A DNA stretch of 64,000 nt from Callorhinchus milii (taxonomy: Eukaryota). The stretch is from NCBI RefSeq assembly GCF_018977255.1, contig NW_024704743.1:32304001-32368000 (forward strand). Reading direction: 5' to 3'. Below, one piece after another: positions 63,501 through 64,000 of this stretch (positions within the stretch are counted from its first letter, which is position 1; each line of letters starts with the position of its first letter). Made by a program: the position numbers and the translations under genes. The notes beneath the pieces were generated by a model that was not told where the DNA came from, ran no database searches, and saw only the letters and a list, made by a program, of their open reading frames with translations.

Positions 63501-63719
63501 TTTGTACGTCCAAACCGACTCGTCAGAGTCAACACAGTAAAGCAGCGTAATAGCACTTCTCAAGGTCAGAGTTCCACCAACCATGAGAAGCGGAAAAGTG
63601 CCAGCCCTCCCAGACCCCAGACCACCTCATCCATGAAACCAGAAGGAGCAGTGCTTCATCAGTCTGGAGATACAGCAACTTCCAGGAAACCGAATAACAG
63701 AAAGTCCTGGATTAACTGA
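3474..63719 (+). CDS. KIF13A: Kinesin-3 family member KIF13A, 5'-partial multi-exon gene (29 coding exons in window; motor domain upstream)
   Basis: The spliced translation follows recalled vertebrate KIF13A motif by motif ([102 protein letters not shown]). All introns are GT-AG, phases are consistent, and the total is 4920 nt including the stop. Confidence 0.95.
4427..4561 (+). CDS. KIF13A: KIF13A exon ([13 protein letters not shown]...LLVYYLK)
   Basis: ctgcag / AAG|gtgagc, 135 nt; kinesin-3 LVNLNADP motif. Confidence 0.95.
5407..5537 (+). CDS. KIF13A: KIF13A exon, FHA domain first part ([25 protein letters not shown]...)
   Basis: caacag / AG|gtaatc, 131 nt, ends phase 2. Confidence 0.93.
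5804..6422 (-). mobile_element. tRNA-derived Deu-domain-like SINE with internal palindromic insert (about 5898-6127)
   Basis: tRNA-like head at the right end, conserved core and (ATT)n tail, as in the other copies in the window. Confidence 0.85.
8720..9088 (+). mobile_element. tRNA-derived SINE with duplicated tail, inserted in a CR1 3' fragment (about 8560-9300)
   Basis: Core TGTTTGTGGGACACTGCTGT..AATTGGCTGCCGCGTTTC; tail CTATATCAAATGCAAGGATTATTATT occurs twice. Confidence 0.85.
9575..10192 (-). mobile_element. Two adjacent SINE copies (partial about 9575-9770; near full-length about 9867-10192)
   Basis: Reverse complement of the same head, core and tail. Confidence 0.85.
10538..10624 (+). 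CDS. KIF13A: KIF13A exon, FHA domain second part (TCLNG...[14 protein letters not shown])
   Basis: tttcag / AG|gtatgt, 87 nt, phase 2/2. Confidence 0.93.
   Translation, partial: DLLEWCSVTCSKLPLARGQNSMGKQPLL
11215..11390 (+). CDS. KIF13A: KIF13A exon ([10 protein letters not shown]...[21 protein letters not shown])
   Basis: aaatag / G|gtgagt, 176 nt, phase 2/1. Confidence 0.9.
12804..13020 (-). mobile_element. SINE 3' half
   Basis: Same core and tail. Confidence 0.8.
13080..13860 (-). mobile_element. L2 3' fragment
   Basis: LHWLPI...FKILSLVFK...PPYLSDLL...[13 protein letters not shown] tail. Confidence 0.82.
14139..16132 (+). mobile_element. Decayed hAT (Charlie/SPIN/GTF2IRD2-like) DNA transposon
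   Basis: Imperfect TIRs CAGTGGTGGGCAA (14139) and TTGCCCACTCCTG (to 16132). Broken transposase motifs [47 protein letters not shown], with stops, frameshifts and an internal deletion. Confidence 0.88.
17148..17618 (-). mobile_element. Full-length SINE with an internal insert of about 90 bp
   Basis: tRNA-like head, core and tail. Confidence 0.85.
17857..18067 (+). CDS. KIF13A: KIF13A exon ([18 protein letters not shown]...WSEER)
   Basis: ttgcag / AG|gtaggt, 211 nt, phase 1/2. Confidence 0.94.
18473..18635 (+). CDS. KIF13A: KIF13A exon ([14 protein letters not shown]...AANLSANRK)
   Basis: ttgcag / AAG|gtaggc, 163 nt, phase 2/0. Confidence 0.94.
19790..20103 (+). mobile_element. Full-length SINE
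   Basis: A box TAGCTCAGTAGTTAGAGC, B box GGTTCGATTCC, core, ATT tail. Confidence 0.88.
20897..21043 (+). CDS. KIF13A: KIF13A exon ([12 protein letters not shown]...[16 protein letters not shown])
   Basis: aaacag / TAT|gtgagt, 147 nt; the donor position is slightly uncertain (a weaker in-frame GT lies 9 nt upstream). Confidence 0.88.
21340..21465 (+). mobile_element. Short CR1 3'-end fragment (similar pieces at about 32455-32570 +, 37436-37595 -, 45865-45995 +, 50040-50520 +, 58430-58572 +)
   Basis: GGGCC..ATGGCCTCCTTCTGTGCTG..ATTCTA terminal motif. Confidence 0.7.
21552..21701 (+). CDS. KIF13A: KIF13A exon ([29 protein letters not shown]...QQGE)
   Basis: ttgcag / GAG|gtaagc, 150 nt. Confidence 0.93.
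22217..22381 (+). CDS. KIF13A: KIF13A exon ([12 protein letters not shown]...KKLTCR)
   Basis: ttccag / AGG|gtaagc, 165 nt. Confidence 0.93.
23073..23246 (+). CDS. KIF13A: KIF13A exon ([25 protein letters not shown]...FDHCK)
   Basis: tgacag / AAG|gtaagc, 174 nt. Confidence 0.93.
23341..23750 (-). mobile_element. L2 3' end (other short pieces at about 25080-25310 +, 44130-44280 -, 44980-45400 +, 51955-52245 -)
   Basis: APPYFSDLL...[18 protein letters not shown]...[13 protein letters not shown] tail. Confidence 0.82.
24014..24165 (+). CDS. KIF13A: KIF13A exon ([27 protein letters not shown]...TLRDR)
   Basis: ttgcag / AG|gtaggg, 152 nt, ends phase 2. Confidence 0.94.
24646..24778 (+). CDS. KIF13A: KIF13A exon ([19 protein letters not shown]...GGVFQLRQ)
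   Basis: tatcag / CAG|gtacat, 133 nt. Confidence 0.94.
25995..26141 (+). CDS. KIF13A: KIF13A exon ([21 protein letters not shown]...LDSYQ)
   Basis: gttcag / CAG|gtaagg, 147 nt. Confidence 0.94.
26888..26920 (+). CDS. KIF13A: KIF13A 33-nt cassette mini-exon ([11 protein letters not shown])
   Basis: taccag / CAG|gtatcg, phase 0/0; matches the recalled short acidic mammalian segment RDDEDGDDMDSYQ. Confidence 0.85.
29150..29249 (+). CDS. KIF13A: KIF13A exon ([26 protein letters not shown]...)
   Basis: gatcag / G|gtatgc, 100 nt, ends phase 1. Confidence 0.93.
29475..29787 (+). mobile_element. Full-length SINE
   Basis: A/B boxes, core and tail; close to the copy at 19790. Confidence 0.88.
29962..30088 (+). 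CDS. KIF13A: KIF13A exon ([26 protein letters not shown]...GAPADW)
   Basis: atgtag / TG|gttagc, 127 nt, phase 1/2. Confidence 0.93.
30510..30915 (+). mobile_element. Full-length SINE, longer variant with duplicated tail
   Basis: A/B boxes, extra AGCAGTAAGTAGGAACC segment, core and tail. Confidence 0.85.
31587..31642 (+). CDS. KIF13A: KIF13A exon ([18 protein letters not shown])
   Basis: ttgcag / G|gtaagg, 56 nt, phase 2/1. Confidence 0.92.
32681..32805 (+). CDS. KIF13A: KIF13A exon ([13 protein letters not shown]...[13 protein letters not shown])
   Basis: ttttag / GAG|gtacac, 125 nt. Confidence 0.93.
34369..34545 (+). CDS. KIF13A: KIF13A exon ([18 protein letters not shown]...VNVYNKQ)
   Basis: cttcag / CAG|gtagga, 177 nt. 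Confidence 0.94.
35547..35639 (+). CDS. KIF13A: KIF13A exon ([11 protein letters not shown]...YEIVSNIPK)
   Basis: ttgcag / AAG|gtaaat, 93 nt. Confidence 0.93.
36405..36770 (+). mobile_element. L2 3' end
   Basis: PYLSDLL...[16 protein letters not shown]...LKTFLF; tail GGCGCTATATAAAT..(TTG)n. Confidence 0.85.
36879..37031 (+). CDS. KIF13A: KIF13A exon ([16 protein letters not shown]...[10 protein letters not shown])
   Basis: attcag / CAG|gtcaga, 153 nt. Confidence 0.94.
37774..37851 (+). CDS. KIF13A: KIF13A exon ([26 protein letters not shown])
   Basis: tcttag / CAT|gtaagt, 78 nt, phase 0/0; contains an RSxSxP 14-3-3-type motif. Confidence 0.93.
38954..39008. repeat. Short AT-rich tandem repeat (ACATATATATTTT)n
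   Basis: About three imperfect units visible directly. Confidence 0.7.
39008..40380 (-). mobile_element. Internally deleted CR1-clade LINE (5' region, ORF1 esterase end, APE endonuclease start, 3' end)
   Basis: Minus-strand DGLHLN (ORF1 esterase), [22 protein letters not shown] and [20 protein letters not shown], followed directly by the CR1 3' end GATGGGCCAAATGGCCTC..(ATTCTATG). Confidence 0.82.
42229..42435. mobile_element. Tc1/mariner-type MITE (207 bp)
   Basis: About 26-bp TIRs CAGGGTGAATCAAAAGTCCTTACTCA / TGAATAAGGACTTCCGATTCACCCTG; TA on the left flank, AA on the right; non-coding interior. Confidence 0.75.
42756..43922 (+). CDS. Intronic Ty3/gypsy Gag-derived (PNMA-like) ORF: capsid-like region, coiled coil, CCHC zinc knuckle
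   Basis: 388 open codons. Capsid-like motifs [31 protein letters not shown] and [13 protein letters not shown] (about 42966-43364). CX2CX4HX4C = [14 protein letters not shown] at 43815-43856. First ATG at 42843; splice acceptor at 42785/42786. Confidence 0.8.
   Translation: MNALLVSVPQRKKLAEPVEASRHLTEVHWMPSIIDSQSTSKQSFPETSCQLDALSLTPCTTMIPYNQLMSVPVFTGAPGCRLDVEDWIKDMQWLLDTSSMSATLQFATVVHRLGGRAKKLVRDLPQKEQSPERAFERLRAEYMGSELPLDPMTEFYEKFKQPREMKTSYAVHSVLRTFKARVNRKRSPAHKDFKLTSHLMSGVPEYDVNQKPPSVKSRLMVCRTQPTKTGQPACESQVSSSRNKEPLELANQCQTILHMQNSHKCLQDVPELAEVEPCSVGDPSLSELTLLVKELALKQKDQFEKLEKLQFMMGFVENPAPPPVPRPSRSGTKCKEKLDKRPTRPHRCEGLHICRLCGKEGHMAKECKSKRELSIGDEKKSFLSSFHH
44285..44930. mobile_element. Head-to-head pair of SINE 3' halves (minus about 44285-44725 with palindromic insert; plus about 44745-44930)
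   Basis: The core sequence occurs in both orientations around about 44735. Confidence 0.8.
47211..47565 (+). mobile_element. Full-length SINE
   Basis: tRNA-like head, core and tail. Confidence 0.85.
47930..49065 (-). mobile_element. L2 (LINE2) 3' fragment with degenerate reverse transcriptase
   Basis: [45 protein letters not shown]; (TTG)n tail; frameshifted. Confidence 0.9.
51571..51621 (+). CDS. KIF13A: KIF13A exon ([17 protein letters not shown])
   Basis: strong pyrimidine tract + ctgtag / AGG|gtttgt, 51 nt; resembles recalled human VSSSRPDLSGFDEDDK. Confidence 0.88.
52686..52797 (+). CDS. KIF13A: KIF13A exon ([11 protein letters not shown]...[16 protein letters not shown])
   Basis: tcctag / G|gtaatt, 112 nt, ends phase 1; resembles recalled human YGTLPRDSPRR. 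Confidence 0.88.
53621..53772 (+). CDS. KIF13A: KIF13A exon (STPESPH...[20 protein letters not shown]...LLGNE)
   Basis: tggcag / GAG|gtaaaa, 152 nt. Confidence 0.92.
55368..55487 (+). CDS. KIF13A: KIF13A probable cassette exon (SMSPIQDK...[14 protein letters not shown])
   Basis: atgcag / TTT|gtaagt, 120 nt, phase 0/0; same position as, and weakly similar to, recalled human SMPPPQ...SMPVEHNSK. Confidence 0.8.
56060..56658. mobile_element. Two SINE 3' fragments in opposite orientation (plus about 56060-56218; minus about 56546-56658)
   Basis: Core and tail matches. Confidence 0.75.
59804..60983 (+). CDS. KIF13A: KIF13A large tail exon (DSEEED...[16 protein letters not shown]...) ending in the N-terminal half of a CAP-Gly domain
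   Basis: ctgcag / G|gtgagt, 1180 nt open frame, ends phase 1. Confidence 0.93.
61700..62547 (+). mobile_element. L2 3' fragment
   Basis: [45 protein letters not shown]; (TTG)n tail. Confidence 0.85.
63439..63719 (+). CDS. KIF13A: KIF13A terminal coding exon: C-terminal half of CAP-Gly ([28 protein letters not shown]), ending NRKSWIN*
   Basis: atgcag acceptor in phase 1 completes the CAP-Gly; TGA at 63717-63719; AT-rich 3'UTR follows. Confidence 0.92.
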
Positions 63720-64000
63720 GTTCCAACGTTTGCACTTAATACACATCACTGTATAGAACTTTAGTGGAGTGTTTTATAGAATGTACATTGCTTTTTTAAA
63801 AATATATATTATATATTACTGATTGTGTGATATAGAAAATAGCCTAAATTCTTTCAATTTTACGTTATTTTAAAAAGGATATCTGTTGATAACATCTTAA
63901 AAGCACACAGAAACTTGGCGAAGTAAATGTTCCCAAGACTTCTGTTAATACAGCATCAGCTTCTAATATTACAAAGTAATATTTGAGGTGTATTTTAATC

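Noticed and set aside
3474..63719. Calling the gene KIF13B because of the CAP-Gly
   Set aside because: Stalk and tail residues follow recalled KIF13A sequence much more closely than KIF13B; a phylogeny would be decisive.
1..64000. CRISPR arrays, rRNA, prokaryotic systems and the remaining short ORF-track entries
   Set aside because: The sequence is eukaryotic exon-intron DNA. There are no regularly spaced repeats, and the short ORFs are intronic or repeat-derived noise.

Overview
Vertebrate genomic DNA, most likely from a cartilaginous fish (inferred from the Deu-domain tRNA-SINE, L2, CR1 and Penelope-type repeats). The whole window lies inside one + strand gene, kinesin-3 KIF13A. The motor-domain exons are upstream of the window. 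I reconstructed 29 GT-AG coding exons with consistent phases from 3474 to the stop at 63719 (4920 nt, 1639 aa). They cover the post-motor coiled coil, FHA domain, stalk and tail. Main findings: (1) an intact Ty3/gypsy-type (PNMA-like) Gag ORF with capsid motifs and a CCHC knuckle in the largest intron (42756-43922). It has no visible pol or LTRs, and it starts behind a splice acceptor that is exactly in phase with the upstream KIF13A exon, so it is a candidate domesticated capsid gene or a kinesin-Gag fusion isoform. (2) This KIF13A ends in a CAP-Gly domain with a KIF13B-like NRKSW terminus and a non-canonical GKHQG motif. (3) Two SINE copies carry the same palindromic, hammerhead-like insert at the same site. 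(4) A candidate 24-nt microexon. The introns also hold a decayed hAT transposon, a MITE and many SINE/LINE fragments. All homology calls come from recalled family motifs, not database searches.
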